DNA of 64,000 nt from Babesia bigemina (Eukaryota): contig NC_027217.1 in the NCBI RefSeq assembly GCF_000981445.1, positions 558,001-622,000 of the forward strand, written 5' to 3'. This document shows positions 1 to 12,156 of the stretch, piece after piece. The notes beneath the pieces were generated by a model, which searched no databases, had not been told where the DNA came from, and saw only the letters and a list, made by a program, of their open reading frames with translations. The position numbers and the translations under genes were made by a program. Positions within the stretch are counted from its first letter, which is position 1, and each line of letters begins with the position of its first letter.

Positions 1-144
1 GGCCATGTACTTTCTTCGAAGGTGTGGAATAAGAAAGTCGTATCATACTGTGTTGCCTACAGCACAGTATGAAAATTGAGGCGAAGACATACTAACACGC
101 ACAAACATGTACATAAGGAATCTAAATTTATTAGTCAGCCCCAG

Positions 145-3100
145 TTAAACGAATGAAAGCCGTGCTTCCTGTGAAAATATGTATACGTTCTTCGTGAACG
201 TGTCCTTGTTCTGGTGCGACAAGGTCGTGTCGAGCCCGTTCATCAGGGATTCGAAGCAGCGCTGAAGCTTGGCCTGTTTCTCTTCCGACATGTTGACCGA
301 TAAGCTCCGCGGCAGCTGCGTGAACTCGTTTTGGTTAAGCAGAATCAGGCCCAGGAGAGGCCTGCTCACGCTCCACGCGCTGTTCGAGTCGCCGCTCAGC
401 AGCAGGTTGAAAATCAACACCATAGCGCGGTGCAAACACTCCAACTTCGACTCCAAAAACACTCGGGCAGGGTGGGGCGCGCCTCCGGTTAGCGTGCTGT
501 TGCGTTCGTTGTACACGTGGGTCACGAAGTTGTCCAACGCGCTCGCGGCGGATAGCGATGTTGCGGACTCGTACGAGCAGAGCCCATCCATGCAAGCGTT
601 GATAAGTTGAACCACATTCTCCAAACTCAATGACAGCATCTGTGGCATGAACAGTTTGGTGCTGATGTCCAAGAATGAGTACACCGGGTGCATGGCCTTC
701 GAATACGCCTGCAGATCCTCAATGGGGATCACGAGACAGAGCTGGAAAGCAAGCTGGAGCACCTCGTCCAGAGTGGCATCGCCGTAGACCTCAAAGACGC
801 CGAAGTTCACGTAGTCCCCACCCAGCGTGTGGTCGAGCACCTGAAGGCACGCGGCGGCACCCTTGTATATTTTCTTATACGCCTCGCGATCGTTGCCGGC
901 CTGCCGTACTCCTCCAGCGGCCTGTGCCATCTGGAGCAGCTTCACACCGTAGCTCATGACGATGCCGGCTGACTCCTTGAACAGCAGAATGCCATTTGCG
1001 GACGTCTTGTCGAACGTTATGCGGTGCCCGCGGTTGTCCAAAAACTCAGCCAGACACTTCACGAGAGGGACCATCACGTCGCAGTCGGACCAGCACGCCT
1101 CCACGATGCGCTTCATTATGTGCAAACGCGATTTCCCAGGCTGCTTTGGAGCGTTCACAATCCAGTTGAAGAACATCTGATAGGCCTCCACGGAAATGCA
1201 GGACCTGCATACGCCCCTGAGGTCGCGCATCAAACCGATGATAGTAGAGCGGCACTCGGGCGATGATAGCACGCCTGCGTTGAGGTTCCACAGCTGGTCG
1301 ATCACGAGCCTGTGGTGCTCCATGAACCCCTCAAACTTGGGCACCGAGTCACCCTGCTCCTCCTCGCTACCCAACTCGAGCAGCAACAGCTTGCATAGAA
1401 TGCTGTAGTAGATGGTGCGATAGCGCCCATATTGCGGAACTTGCAGGAACATGAACCCCGGGTCAGCGTGGTTAACCAGCGCGAAGCGCAGCGTCTTGCA
1501 CTGCAGTATCAGGCGCGCTGAAACCACGAGGTGGGGGGAACGGTCCGCATAGTGCACGATGTCAATGCCCGAAGACAGCTCACTGAAGAAGTTCAGAGTC
1601 TTCTTGATCACCCCCTCGTTGGACACACGGCGCTGCAGGTTGAAGAATACCTTGTCGACCAGCCTATTCAGCAGGTATTGCGCGCCGTCCGTGCCGGGGG
1701 GGCAACCAGGAACCTGCGCAAAGCGCTCGCGGCAGTCACCCGATATGCTGCCCTTTGTGTGCTCGCTGATGAAGAACTTTTTGAAGTACGTCAGGAAGTG
1801 CAGGAACGACATCTCGAGCTTAGTGCACTCGGTCAACTTGGAGTCGCTCGCATCCATGTTCAAAAAGACGTGACCAACCAGCTCGATGTTCATTGTCTGC
1901 AGGCATACCGCAGTTATGTTAGACTCGTCACCGGTAAGGCGAAGCGAACTCGAGCCGTTCAGCATCGCACCGGCCAGCATCACCAGCCACGCAACCTTCT
2001 CCTGTTTGATGGCCATGTAGTTGTGGGTCATTGGCATCTTTTCCAGCTCCTGGAACGATTCGATAATGCGCGAGCACACCGTGCGGTATTGGCAGCGGCA
2101 GAGACGACTGAACAGGTCTGACTGCTCCATCCGCAGTATGTCGTCGTCGAGCGGGTTGTCGAATTCGAGGTCGTCGCCGGCTGTGGCAACCACCTCTGCC
2201 ATCGCCAAGCGGCTCTTGATGAACTCCAGAGTTATCTGCAGGATGTTCGTCTCGAGCACAGAGGGCGCCTTTCCGCGCATGTAGCCCAAAGGAACGACCA
2301 TGTGTGCCCACACGCCCAACAAGTAGTGTTTGCTGTTGGGCATGTGCTGCCAGTTGGCCAGAGCTTCCATCGTGAAGTTGTGCAGCTGCTCCGTCCACAT
2401 GGGGAAGACGGCGCTCTGCAGGAGCTGGCTCAGCTGGTTGGAGGCGTTGATCTTCCCGAGAAGACGGCACAGCTCATGGTAGCAGTCCTCGTTGGCGAGG
2501 CCCGTTTTGTTCCGAATTATGTCCATGGTGCCCATCATGAAACTGTTGATGTGGCACAGGTCCTCGGCCTCAGTGTTGAAGAACGACTTGCGCAACGCCG
2601 CGACCACCACCAGGCAGCGCAGGCACAGCACGGCGCACGACGGGCGCACGACGCTGTTCTTGGCGTAGAGCTCGAACAGGGTGCGAGGCACTTTGTCGCT
2701 GCGCAGAATGTCCCAGCTCTGTGGGATCATCACGGTGCTCTGCTCCTCAGACGTGTCGTCGGGCATGGTTGCCATGAAGTCGAAGCTCAGGCAGTTGTAG
2801 CACAGCTGCAGTATCTGCTGCAGCATACGGGTCTCCTCGAAGCTGTCCGCAACCACGGCAGTGCCGTTGTTGAACTGCTCGAGCGTCTGGACGGTGACCT
2901 GAACACAATGCACACGCAGCGAGGGCGCAACGTACCGAAAATATCTTGGGCAGCACCGTCTCCTTGAAGTTCAGCGCGCCCCTGCGCAGCTTTGCCACGA
3001 ACTTGCCCATCTGCGGCTGCATTTCCTGCGTCAGGTCCGAGTAAATGCTCAGGCCGATGATCCAGTGCTGCGTGGAGGCAGACAGGAACTGGCCCACGTG

Positions 3101-3496
3101 CTGGACCACGGGGTGGTTGCTCACCTCCTCCAGCCATCCCAACTTAACGATGCGGCAGTACAGGTGGATGAACTGGCCCAGGACCTCGGGAGCGCACTTC
3201 AGCATCTCGGGGCCGCGGTTGTAGAGGTAGTTCAGCAAGAACTCACGCAGCTCTGTCTTGTGGGCATCCGAGACGTGCGACCAGTGATTCGTAATCACCG
3301 TTACCAGGCCGGACGCCGCAAAAAGCAGAGCCTGCAGATTGGCGCTCTGCGCCAGGATATCGCGTAGGAGAGGGATCTTCTGCACATCGCGAAGCAAGGG
3401 CATCAGCACCTCGTGAGCCTCGTTCTGCTGCAGAGGCTGGCCGCCGTAAAGCGCCTGGCAAAGCAGCTCAAGCTGCTCCAGGTCCTTCGGGTCCAT
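145..3496 (-). CDS. XPO7: Exportin-7/RanBP16-17-like nuclear transport receptor (importin-beta family), 2 exons
   Basis: ATG at 3496 (MDPKDLEQLELLCQALY). A 37-nt GT..AG intron at 2899-2935 joins LPKIFS|VTVQ in frame to the 922-aa ORF. Exportin-7-type motifs: CLSFDF..DDTSEE..TVMIPQSW, YHELCRLLG, GDYVNFGVFEVYGD, WSVSRPLLGLIL. Confidence 0.88.
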
Positions 3497-4499
3497 CGCT
3501 CTCAACAAAACAAAGCGAACGAAACACCGCGGCCCCGCACTCAAAGTACATTCATAATCGTGGCAGCAGATAACACCTATAATATACCGAGGAGCAATTC
3601 AAACAATGCGTCTAAACAAAACGCAGCTCCATCTGCCCATAAAATGAGCCACCGGGAACTTAGAGGAGGCAGGAAGTCAGGCCCGCACTCGCAGCGAATA
3701 CTGACTGGCACACGGATTCCGGTGCGACTAAAAACTATTACACACCGAACTGACAGTTTGTGACAACCTTTGACACCATGTTCCACAGCGGGACTCGAAA
3801 AGGCGTGAGAAGCGCCAACACCTACAGGGTACACAGCCGAGTCCACAAATCGGTCGTGGCGCTCGGAGCCGAGGCGTAGGTAGCAGCCAAGTGCCAGAAC
3901 GTCTTACACCCTTCATATAAGCCGGGCGTATGCGAATTCGCGAGGGTGGTGGAATCCATACCCGGCAACGGTTGAAGAAGGCCTGTTGGTTCTGGAAAAC
4001 ACGCCATCCGTGGATTAAGCGACTATCTCGCCGGCGTTAATAGGTGTGTGTGTGCATTTACTGGTGGAAAACCGTGACGGTGTGATAGCTGCCACCTGGA
4101 CGAATATCTGTGCTGCCGGCAGTTCGCAACCAGTGCGAGTGGCCACTGGGCCGCCGACAAACCCATCGCGTGCCATAACGGGCGGCCAGATAGCTATAGA
4201 CAACTATTACGGCTACGAAGGGCTACAACTATTAAACCAATAAAACGCACTTCATTACCTTGCGTGCTGCCGCATGGGCAACACGGCAAGCGGTTCCAGT
4301 TGGCTGCTGTGGACGCATGCGTCACGTTGCAGCGCAGCGTCAATGCTGTTGTATGCTGGGCGCGTGTGGCCACAAGAACGTCTGCCAGTACGTAGGGGCG
4401 ACTGGCGGCTTGTTGAGGACACCCGGGCGGGTGCACCGCTTCTGTAAACGTAGCACGTCCGCCCGAGCGCCCAATGCGATACCGGATCGACGGGGTCGA

Positions 4500-6077
4500 C
4501 TACTTGCGGCTGTCCATGTAGCCGCACTGACAAATCTTGATGCCGCAGCGAGGGCACTTCTGCACACCCTGCAACATGCTCTCTTCCTTTGTCCCAGGCG
4601 CGGTGAAGTCCAAAATGAGGTCTGGCTGGGTCTTTTTGTACATGCGCATGAACTTGTCTGCCTTGTAGGGAATGCGCTGGACGCCACTGCCGGTGGCGGC
4701 GGCCGACACCTTGTCGGACTCGCCATCCATCGCGCGCAGCTTCTTGACGATGTCCTCGTCTTCGTAGCTCACCGGGGTGCGACCGTATGATACATAGTCT
4801 AAGTCGGGCTCCTCGCGGGCGCCTGGCTTCTTGTATTGGCGGGGCACCCGGCGGCGCTTAAGGGTGCCGTCCTCAGCCTCCTCAAGGTTGTCAGGTAGCT
4901 GGTCGATGGGATACGCCTCCGGCTGCACCGATACTGTGGTTCCAACTGACTCGGCACGCTTCTGGCGCATCGTAGCGCGCGCCCGGGACAGGTGCATGGC
5001 CTCGATCGCCTCCGAACTGCCACGGCACCACGTCCGGCCATCGTTACATGCGGTAAACAGCTGCGCCGAGTCGTACGCCCAGCACATGGGACCAGGAGCC
5101 GCCTTAAGACGGAATGTTTCGACCACATCCAATGTCACGGTGCACAGGACCCGCACGCACCCCTTGAAACCCTCTTTGATGTTGCGCGGGTTCACCGGCG
5201 TGACCTCGCCGACAGCCACGTGAGTTCCGCCCGGGCTCACAGCCATTCCGCCGCCGCAATCCCCTCCAGGCACCGCGCACTCCTTCACAGCGCTCTTGAA
5301 CTTACGCACATCCCATAGTTTCACGACGTCGTTGTCTCGGCTGACCAGCGTCCCGTCGTCGATCGACGCCACGCAGCTCACCGCGGACGTATGCGCATCC
5401 ATGCAGCACGACGCCGGATTTCCCGTCCGTTGGTCCCACGTTAGAATGCCGCCACGGTCAGTGCCGCCAATCACGATAAATGAGCTATTGAACTGCGAGT
5501 AGCACAGGGACCTGATCGGAGCACGTGGGCCGCGTGCTGCACGGGGCACGTAGGTCCGGCACGAGTTAATCGACATAGCCACGCCTTGACGCGGTGACTC
5601 CACGTCAAAGGTGCGAATAGTGCCGTCTATGGCGCCCGAGGTGAACTGGTTGGAGTGAAGGGGCTGCGGGCAAACGCAGGTGACCATGGCAGTGTGCCCG
5701 TGGGTCTTGCGCGCGTCCAGCAGATACATATCACCCTTGCTCGTGTTCACCAGGTGATCGCCGACGTCGCTGTAGAACGACACGACGTTGCCGCTCGCAG
5801 CGGCAACCACAGCGTCGTCGCTGCTCATGGCGACGGCGGTGATGCCCTGGTCGAGCTTCTGCGTCCAGAGCGGGCCGCAACCGCCGCTCATCCATTTGAA
5901 AAAGTCCAAACAGCGCAACTCGCCGTCGGAGGACCCGTACAAGAGCCGCGAACCTCCCAGGTTACACACCAGCGAAGACGCACGCAAACATGGAAGGCCA
6001 GCATCCTCGTCCAGCAGCACGTCTTCGCCGTCCTTCAACGCGTCCAAAGCGCTCACGGCACCGCCGGATGTCGACAT
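4500..6077 (-). CDS. WDR70: WD40-repeat protein, WDR70-like
   Basis: First ATG at 6077. WD repeats, KGDMYLLDARKTHGHTAMVT (WDR70-like), SRDNDVVKLWDVRKFK; C-terminal CxxC..CxC. Confidence 0.72.
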   Translation of the reverse strand: MSTSGGAVSALDALKDGEDVLLDEDAGLPCLRASSLVCNLGGSRLLYGSSDGELRCLDFFKWMSGGCGPLWTQKLDQGITAVAMSSDDAVVAAASGNVVSFYSDVGDHLVNTSKGDMYLLDARKTHGHTAMVTCVCPQPLHSNQFTSGAIDGTIRTFDVESPRQGVAMSINSCRTYVPRAARGPRAPIRSLCYSQFNSSFIVIGGTDRGGILTWDQRTGNPASCCMDAHTSAVSCVASIDDGTLVSRDNDVVKLWDVRKFKSAVKECAVPGGDCGGGMAVSPGGTHVAVGEVTPVNPRNIKEGFKGCVRVLCTVTLDVVETFRLKAAPGPMCWAYDSAQLFTACNDGRTWCRGSSEAIEAMHLSRARATMRQKRAESVGTTVSVQPEAYPIDQLPDNLEEAEDGTLKRRRVPRQYKKPGAREEPDLDYVSYGRTPVSYEDEDIVKKLRAMDGESDKVSAAATGSGVQRIPYKADKFMRMYKKTQPDLILDFTAPGTKEESMLQGVQKCPRCGIKICQCGYMDSRK

Positions 6078-6654
6078 GGCCAGCACGAAAGGGTTGTGAG
6101 GAACGGATGCGCGGAACGCACGCGAGGTTGCGGCATACGACCACTACAACGCAGTGACAAAACACACCAAATCCCCGCAAAGGCGGGTGGACATATGCGC
6201 AAATACAAAGCAAAATGTCGCACAACGTGGCGCCTAACCTCGTGGTTATGCGCCTCTCGCAGCCCAGCTACGAATGTGCAGCGTGGCAAATAATCGACGC
6301 TTCGGACGCGCTCGTGGCTTTGGAGACGGTAAGTTGCGGTTTACAGTCTTGTCGCACTGTGATTACGTGATGTGTTTGATAGACAGAGAGGCTTACGGCG
6401 GGAAATTCGCAGGTTGCGGCCGAGGCGACCTTCCGCCAAGGCGAACGTGCTACGGCCGGGGGACGTTTCTGGGAGAGTACACATGGTGTTTATAGCTGTT
6501 TGCAGCAGTGATAGTTGTGAGTAACTACGCGACGATTAAATTGGGAGCGTTGCGTAAATGTATGACGTGTATGCGTATTCAATGCCACTTCTGTGCTTCG
6601 AGACATCTTGAAGCGGCGCAATGCGTTGCCCATTGGGAATCATAAAACACGCAG

Positions 6655-7700
6655 GAGAGTCTAGATACGGTCAAGCAAACGGCGTATACGCCAACTCTGG
6701 TGCTACCGGAGTATGTAAACGAATGCTTTCTCGGTGAAACCTTGCACCTCTCGATACTGTTGTCAAACTCCAACAAAGCGGCGTGCAACAACGTCAAACT
6801 CAAGGTCGATGTCGTCACGGAAGACGCAGTTCAGGATCCGTTTGTAATGGAGCCGCTATCCGGAGTGACCCTCGAGCCACACAGGAAACCGTACCAGACA
6901 ACAATCTCCTACCTGTGCAACAAGCAGTCACAACATAACATGACCTTCATTGTCACCTTCACTGTAGGAAAGAGAAACTACCAGGTGGTCAAACGGGCGA
7001 TATGGAACGTAGTAAACCCGATAGACATCCATTTCAAGTCGGAAAAAGACTCGGTGAGTAAACTGCGCAAATAAACGTTCATGCCTAACTGCAGACCGGA
7101 CGACCCCACCTGGAAGCCACGGTCACCAACATATGCAAACACACGCTCACCGTAAAGGACATAAAACTCGTCACACCGCAGGACTCTACATTCCAGGACC
7201 CAATATACGAGCAGCACAAGGATGTTAATGGTGTATGCGTGCTGCAGCCAAACGGCGCGTATAGCGTCATATTCAAAAATGTTAAAACGACGAGGCCTAT
7301 GCAAATCAAGGTGTTCTGGCACTGCTATGAAAGGGGTGTCGGCGAAATTAATATGCCCGTAGGTGTTTTCAACTACGCGCAGCCTATCGCATATGAAACG
7401 ATTCAGCACCCGGGAACGGTCTCGCTGAACGATGAGTTCACAATCAAGTTCAGAGTCACCAACATCACCAAAGAGAGCCTGCAGTGCAGACTCAAATTTA
7501 ACCAAAAACAACTTATACCTTTGGTGGTGCAGGTGGAGGACTACCTAGATTTTGGGGGAATGGCTCCAATGGAGTCCAAAATAATAGAAGTGCCATTCAT
7601 GAGTATGGAAAAAGGTTTGCACTCGATAAGGGGGCTGGAGTTCTGCGTCATGCCGGACCTTATCATTCCAGTCACTGACCTGCAGGTGCTGGCGGTGTAG
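6655..7700 (+). CDS. TRAPPC13: TRAPP complex subunit 13-like (DUF974); upstream exon(s) unresolved
   Basis: LPEYVNECFLGETLHLSILLSN resembles the TRAPPC13 N-terminal motif. Intron 7054-7094 joins the 6700 and 7239 ORFs in frame. C-terminal GLHSIRGL. There is an in-frame stop at 6643 and a CAG acceptor at 6652-6654, so the start lies further upstream. Confidence 0.65.
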
Positions 7701-8177
7701 ATCGAAGCAAATTGCCAATCGATACGCATCAGGCATCGTGTGATACGAGCTCATTAATGTATCCAGCACTGCTCTCAGGGTGCTGTACACAGCATACAAC
7801 TTTGTATGTTATAGATTCGGACTGTATTAATTGAACTGGCGTAACCTGCCAACCCCCAATTCCCTGAACCACCCGTATTCAAAAATAGAGCGCAACGCGC
7901 CAATTGCATATTTTAGGTCAATAAAAGCACGAGAGCTTTTAGGAATCCTAGAACGTCCGTGTTATCACATCAGCCAGCCTCGAATTTTCTAGTTGCGGTC
8001 GTGAATGAAAATTCCTTGCAACTAAAGCCCCAACTGAAAGGATGGGGTTCTAGGTGGCCTTTGTTTACCCGATATAGAAAATCACAAAATATTAATTCTA
8101 TAATTTCATATATCCATAGCGTGCATATTTTGGTATCATGGGTTTCTATGTAAGTTAATCTTTATTGATTGTATGTC

Positions 8178-11117
8178 ATGGAACGCATAAACATGGCCAG
8201 GGATACAATCCACGGGTCCCTGTGGATATTTTGCGCAATATGGCTCTATTTTATTAGAGGCATTTACGCAATTGACTGTGACTTCGGAGGCCCGCGCGCA
8301 TTACTCAGCAACAAGGCGCTTGTCGCGTGCCACTATGACCTCAATATCGCCTATAACGTATCTGCGAGCTGCCCAAGCCGAGTCAACGACACCGAGTATG
8401 TATGGCATCCTCAACCACGAGGGGGGAGGACAATAGATCTCAACACGTATGTGGGTGAAAATGGCAAAATTAATTCAATCGCCATTTCGGAAGTAATGCC
8501 ATCCGAAGCTCCTAGGCCGCTTATATGGCTGGAATCTATTCCATCGCAAAGTATTTTACATCTGGACTTGCCAAGCGATGAATTGTATGTCATAAAGAAA
8601 CGCCGTTTGATATACATCTGCGCTCCGAAAAATTTAGTTCTCAGTGATGCTTTGCAAGGTCACCTGGATGGCCTTAGTGGCCCTCGAGTTGTGGAAATTC
8701 CTTGGACCTCCAACACTCCATTGACTGACGAAATTAAGCAATTCGGTGCAGGTTTGGGTGTGTTGTTCTTGTACCGGAACAGCGAACATTTGCCGTTTCA
8801 AGGCTGCGGCAGTCGCCCCTCGCCTCTATTCGCCCCGGATAATGAGGTGGATATAGATCCCGAGACTGGTACACGCTCATGCGTGGCTGATCCTATGTCA
8901 GAGTCACCTATTGGGTTCCTGTGCGAAGGTATCGTTGCACCTTATGATTGCATGATATCACTAGTGGATAAGCATGGCAAAGTTGTGAAGGCTCCCCGGC
9001 CACATTCGCACAGGACCTTCGGGAGACAGTCGCCTTGGGTGGTGTCGAAATACTTCTCTGGTTTCTCATTGCCACCCATAAATGGCAGATGCTATTGCAT
9101 AGATAACAAAACGTATCGGGTGATCGCAAAGATTGATATCCGTCCAAAAACCGAATACGTCTGTGACATTGCCAGTATGTTAAAAAACAAACATGCAAAA
9201 AATATCAGTGGCCCCTGGTGCTCGGTGGTTCTACATCCGGGCAGCACGTTGACCATAAAGTTGCCCAAACAGATAGTCAAATCGGGTACTATCAACCGAA
9301 ATTCCGAAGAAGTCTCTGACACGGATTACTCGACTGATGCACTCTCACAAGTGCCATCTGCCTATGAGTACGAAGCTAACATTCTGCCACACGACCTAAA
9401 TACTATGAGAGAATTGAACAGCTATTATGACCTCGAGAGTTATGACGAAATATTGTCTCCACAAACCCTAATCGGCGATGCCCTAGAATTGGATGTGTCA
9501 CAAATTGACCATGGAGAGGTAAAACTGAAGTACCATCCGGATATGCCACTTACATCCAAAGGGAACCAGAACTCATTCTTCTTTCATTATGTACTGAAAT
9601 GTAGAGACGAAAAGGTTATGGAAAGAATACGAGCCATCGTGAAAATATCCTTGGCTCTTACTCACGAATACCATATCATTGGTTGCGACCGAGGACCACA
9701 GAGCATCTTCGACCCAAACATAAGCACGAAACATTGCTCGGTAAAATCCATGGGAAATGGTATAGGGGATGTTTACGAATGTAGGTCCCGTATTGAGAAG
9801 GGCTTCAAGCCGTCCGGCATTCACTGCAGGCCAGACGAGGAACTCTTGCCAGCTAATTCTGAGTCAAAAGTATACGATGTTAACAAGAATAAGATTGTTT
9901 CAATACCTGTATCTCTGGAAAGCAGTAATCCCCGAGGCATTCCAGGGTTTAAGGTGCTAAAATTCAAAAACCTAGATAGGCTGTCCACATACGCCTTTAT
10001 CTGTGTCGACAAAAATGGATACGAAACGTCCAGACTTGTTTTAGAGCGCATGTATGAATCAATGTCTGCATACAACAGTCCTAATCAAAAACTGTACAAC
10101 AGAATGATGCAATCCATGTTGTTTCCTCCTGTTAAAGTTAGTATGTTTATTGAAGGATTCGCATCAGGAATGTCTCTTAGAATACGGTATGCACACATGG
10201 ATCGTCTTACACTATTTGAAGGCGAAACAATGACACTGTCTTGTGAAAATGGCTCGGATGGTTTCCGCGTACCTAACCTCCTTAAGGTTCACAACAGCCA
10301 ACAGAGAACATTGAAGTGGTTACCGGAAAACCCTCATGAATATCACTATACTGGAAACCACACAATAGATGGCTTGGAACTTTCTCTTACGGGGCACAAC
10401 GATTCAATAGTTACGACACCGGGTGGGTTTTCGGTTGCGCATCACTACGCCACAGCAAAAGAACATCTGTTAAAAATAACAACGCGTATGGACGCTGTAA
10501 TCGTATCCAAAACGTCATCTCGCAAGTTGTATGTGCCCATGATGTTTGTATGCGGCAAGGTGCCCAAATCATCAGATTCGTCCACAATCACAGGCGAGGC
10601 ACCCGCATTAGGTGCTTCCCCACCTTCAAGTCCTGTTGTTTTAGGATCATCCTCAGAGGACACTTGGCATGTCGTTGAAGTTGACATTATGGTCACAGAT
10701 CCCTACATGCACGGCTGCGGCGTAACGTACGAGTCCACTCAGTTTTTCAAGCCCGAAACACCCAAGCTCTACGATGCTATTGGACAAAACGTCGGTTGTA
10801 AGATCGATTTTCAAGATTCCAATGAAGCGGCGTTCTACTGCCCAGCTCCATACGTCCTTGACCCACCCGGTTGCTTTAACAATGTCTTTGTTGACGGCAT
10901 AGTCAAGAATGTGGAAGATCTTAGCGACGCGTTGGTCGCGTCGAGAACATCTCACTTTGTCACACTTAAGTTAGAAAGCAAACGCGTGGGACCGGGGGAA
11001 ACGCTACGCAGGACCCCGCCGTTGGAGTGCCGATGTGTCACCATCAAGGGCATAGTGCTGTCTACTATCCAGATCGAGAACTACTACGCCAAAGAATTGG
11101 TAACTGTGGTGCAATAA
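8178..11117 (+). CDS. Secreted 6-Cys (s48/45 domain) family protein, ~980 aa, intronless
   Basis: Signal-peptide-like N-terminus (WIFCAIWLYFIRGIYA-IDCDF). Repeated s48/45-type Cys patterns: HGC..C..AAFYCPAPYVLDPPGCF..LECRC, IIGCD..GIHC, QGCG..GFLC..CYC. No hydrophobic C-terminal tail. Confidence 0.7.
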   Translation: MERINMARDTIHGSLWIFCAIWLYFIRGIYAIDCDFGGPRALLSNKALVACHYDLNIAYNVSASCPSRVNDTEYVWHPQPRGGRTIDLNTYVGENGKINSIAISEVMPSEAPRPLIWLESIPSQSILHLDLPSDELYVIKKRRLIYICAPKNLVLSDALQGHLDGLSGPRVVEIPWTSNTPLTDEIKQFGAGLGVLFLYRNSEHLPFQGCGSRPSPLFAPDNEVDIDPETGTRSCVADPMSESPIGFLCEGIVAPYDCMISLVDKHGKVVKAPRPHSHRTFGRQSPWVVSKYFSGFSLPPINGRCYCIDNKTYRVIAKIDIRPKTEYVCDIASMLKNKHAKNISGPWCSVVLHPGSTLTIKLPKQIVKSGTINRNSEEVSDTDYSTDALSQVPSAYEYEANILPHDLNTMRELNSYYDLESYDEILSPQTLIGDALELDVSQIDHGEVKLKYHPDMPLTSKGNQNSFFFHYVLKCRDEKVMERIRAIVKISLALTHEYHIIGCDRGPQSIFDPNISTKHCSVKSMGNGIGDVYECRSRIEKGFKPSGIHCRPDEELLPANSESKVYDVNKNKIVSIPVSLESSNPRGIPGFKVLKFKNLDRLSTYAFICVDKNGYETSRLVLERMYESMSAYNSPNQKLYNRMMQSMLFPPVKVSMFIEGFASGMSLRIRYAHMDRLTLFEGETMTLSCENGSDGFRVPNLLKVHNSQQRTLKWLPENPHEYHYTGNHTIDGLELSLTGHNDSIVTTPGGFSVAHHYATAKEHLLKITTRMDAVIVSKTSSRKLYVPMMFVCGKVPKSSDSSTITGEAPALGASPPSSPVVLGSSSEDTWHVVEVDIMVTDPYMHGCGVTYESTQFFKPETPKLYDAIGQNVGCKIDFQDSNEAAFYCPAPYVLDPPGCFNNVFVDGIVKNVEDLSDALVASRTSHFVTLKLESKRVGPGETLRRTPPLECRCVTIKGIVLSTIQIENYYAKELVTVVQ

Positions 11118-11520
11118 CTTGTTTGGCAACTAGCCACTTTAATTGTCATAGTTCATGTTGGTCGATCTTTTGGTCTGTCCCACTGGCCAGATGGCATTGT
11201 GGTAGGCTGTTGTACTTGCTGCTGATAACCCAGGGTTATAATGAGAAGGTGCCACGTGGTTGTAGTTGTTGTAGTTCGGAGGAAGTGCGTGTAATGTGCT
11301 TAATTTGAATTACGATTCATCATCTCTTTGTTGCTCACAATTTATTGACAAGATGAGTAAGGTGAGCTAACGAGACTCGTAGCACTGCTCACATTTCGAA
11401 ACCTCGGCCATGCCATTCACACGCAACAACGAACGGTACATGAAGTTTAGGAGTGCAGTCTAGCTAGCGCGTTAAAGTGGAAGAGCTGCTGCGGCGGCAG
11501 TGACTGCCGTCGGACAATCG

Positions 11521-11940
11521 GTGAAAATGGGAGCGGGAAATACTTTCCTCTACTCCTTGTATGTGCGCAGAGAAGCACAATACATGCTTTGTAAAGACAC
11601 ATATGATCATACGGGCGATTGCGAAATGCTGCTCTAGGAGACACCGGGCCCACCCACAGCCTGCACCGTGATGGGCCAGGCGAGGGAGAAGTACGAGGCT
11701 ATCCGCCAAGGGATATTACGCGTCAGATACATGCCAATATGTTAGGACTAAGGTAAATATCAGGCAACTTGGAAATACGCCCGACACCCCTTGGCTCAAC
11801 AAGAGGCCCGACCTTTCGGGTTGGAACGTGAGGCATTGCACTGGGTTGACAAGTTTCATCTGAACAGCACGATTAAACGCATAACAAATCTCAGAGATGC
11901 TGTTATATGTGTCAATCGATGGCGTTCCGTAGCCAATTCA
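11521..11940 (+). mobile_element. Possible degenerate Ty3/gypsy retrotransposon integrase relic
   Basis: Conceptual translation across stops and frameshifts gives motifs in integrase order: EMLL(*/Y)ETPGPPTA..GQAREKYEAIRQ, then DTCQYVRTK, then LEI[+2 nt]PDTPW (11769-11794), then RDAVICVNRW..VA. No LTRs or RT seen. Confidence 0.5.
11551..11832 (+). repeat. Dispersed repeat, copy 1 (282 bp aligned); inverted copy at 63719-64000
   Basis: Manual alignment to the reverse complement of 63719-64000 gives 12 mismatches in 282 bp and no indels. Confidence 0.95.
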
Positions 11941-12156
11941 GCTGGTGGGTGCCGTCGGCCTGATGTCATTGTGCTAACAGGTGGGGGCATGTATCGTGGT
12001 GGTGTCTAGGCAGTTGTACAGAAACTTTCTGAGATCCTGCAATTTTAACACCACTGAACACTTTGAACCAACGATTGTGGAATGTAGGAGCCAGCAAGAT
12101 ATTTTCTCAGCGAATGGTGGGGGAAAGTTCGTAATAGATAGATGTCCAGTTAGGGT

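Noticed and set aside
3760..4450. Short ORFs between XPO7 and WDR70
   Set aside because: No recognisable product or consistent splice structure; a small gene cannot be excluded.
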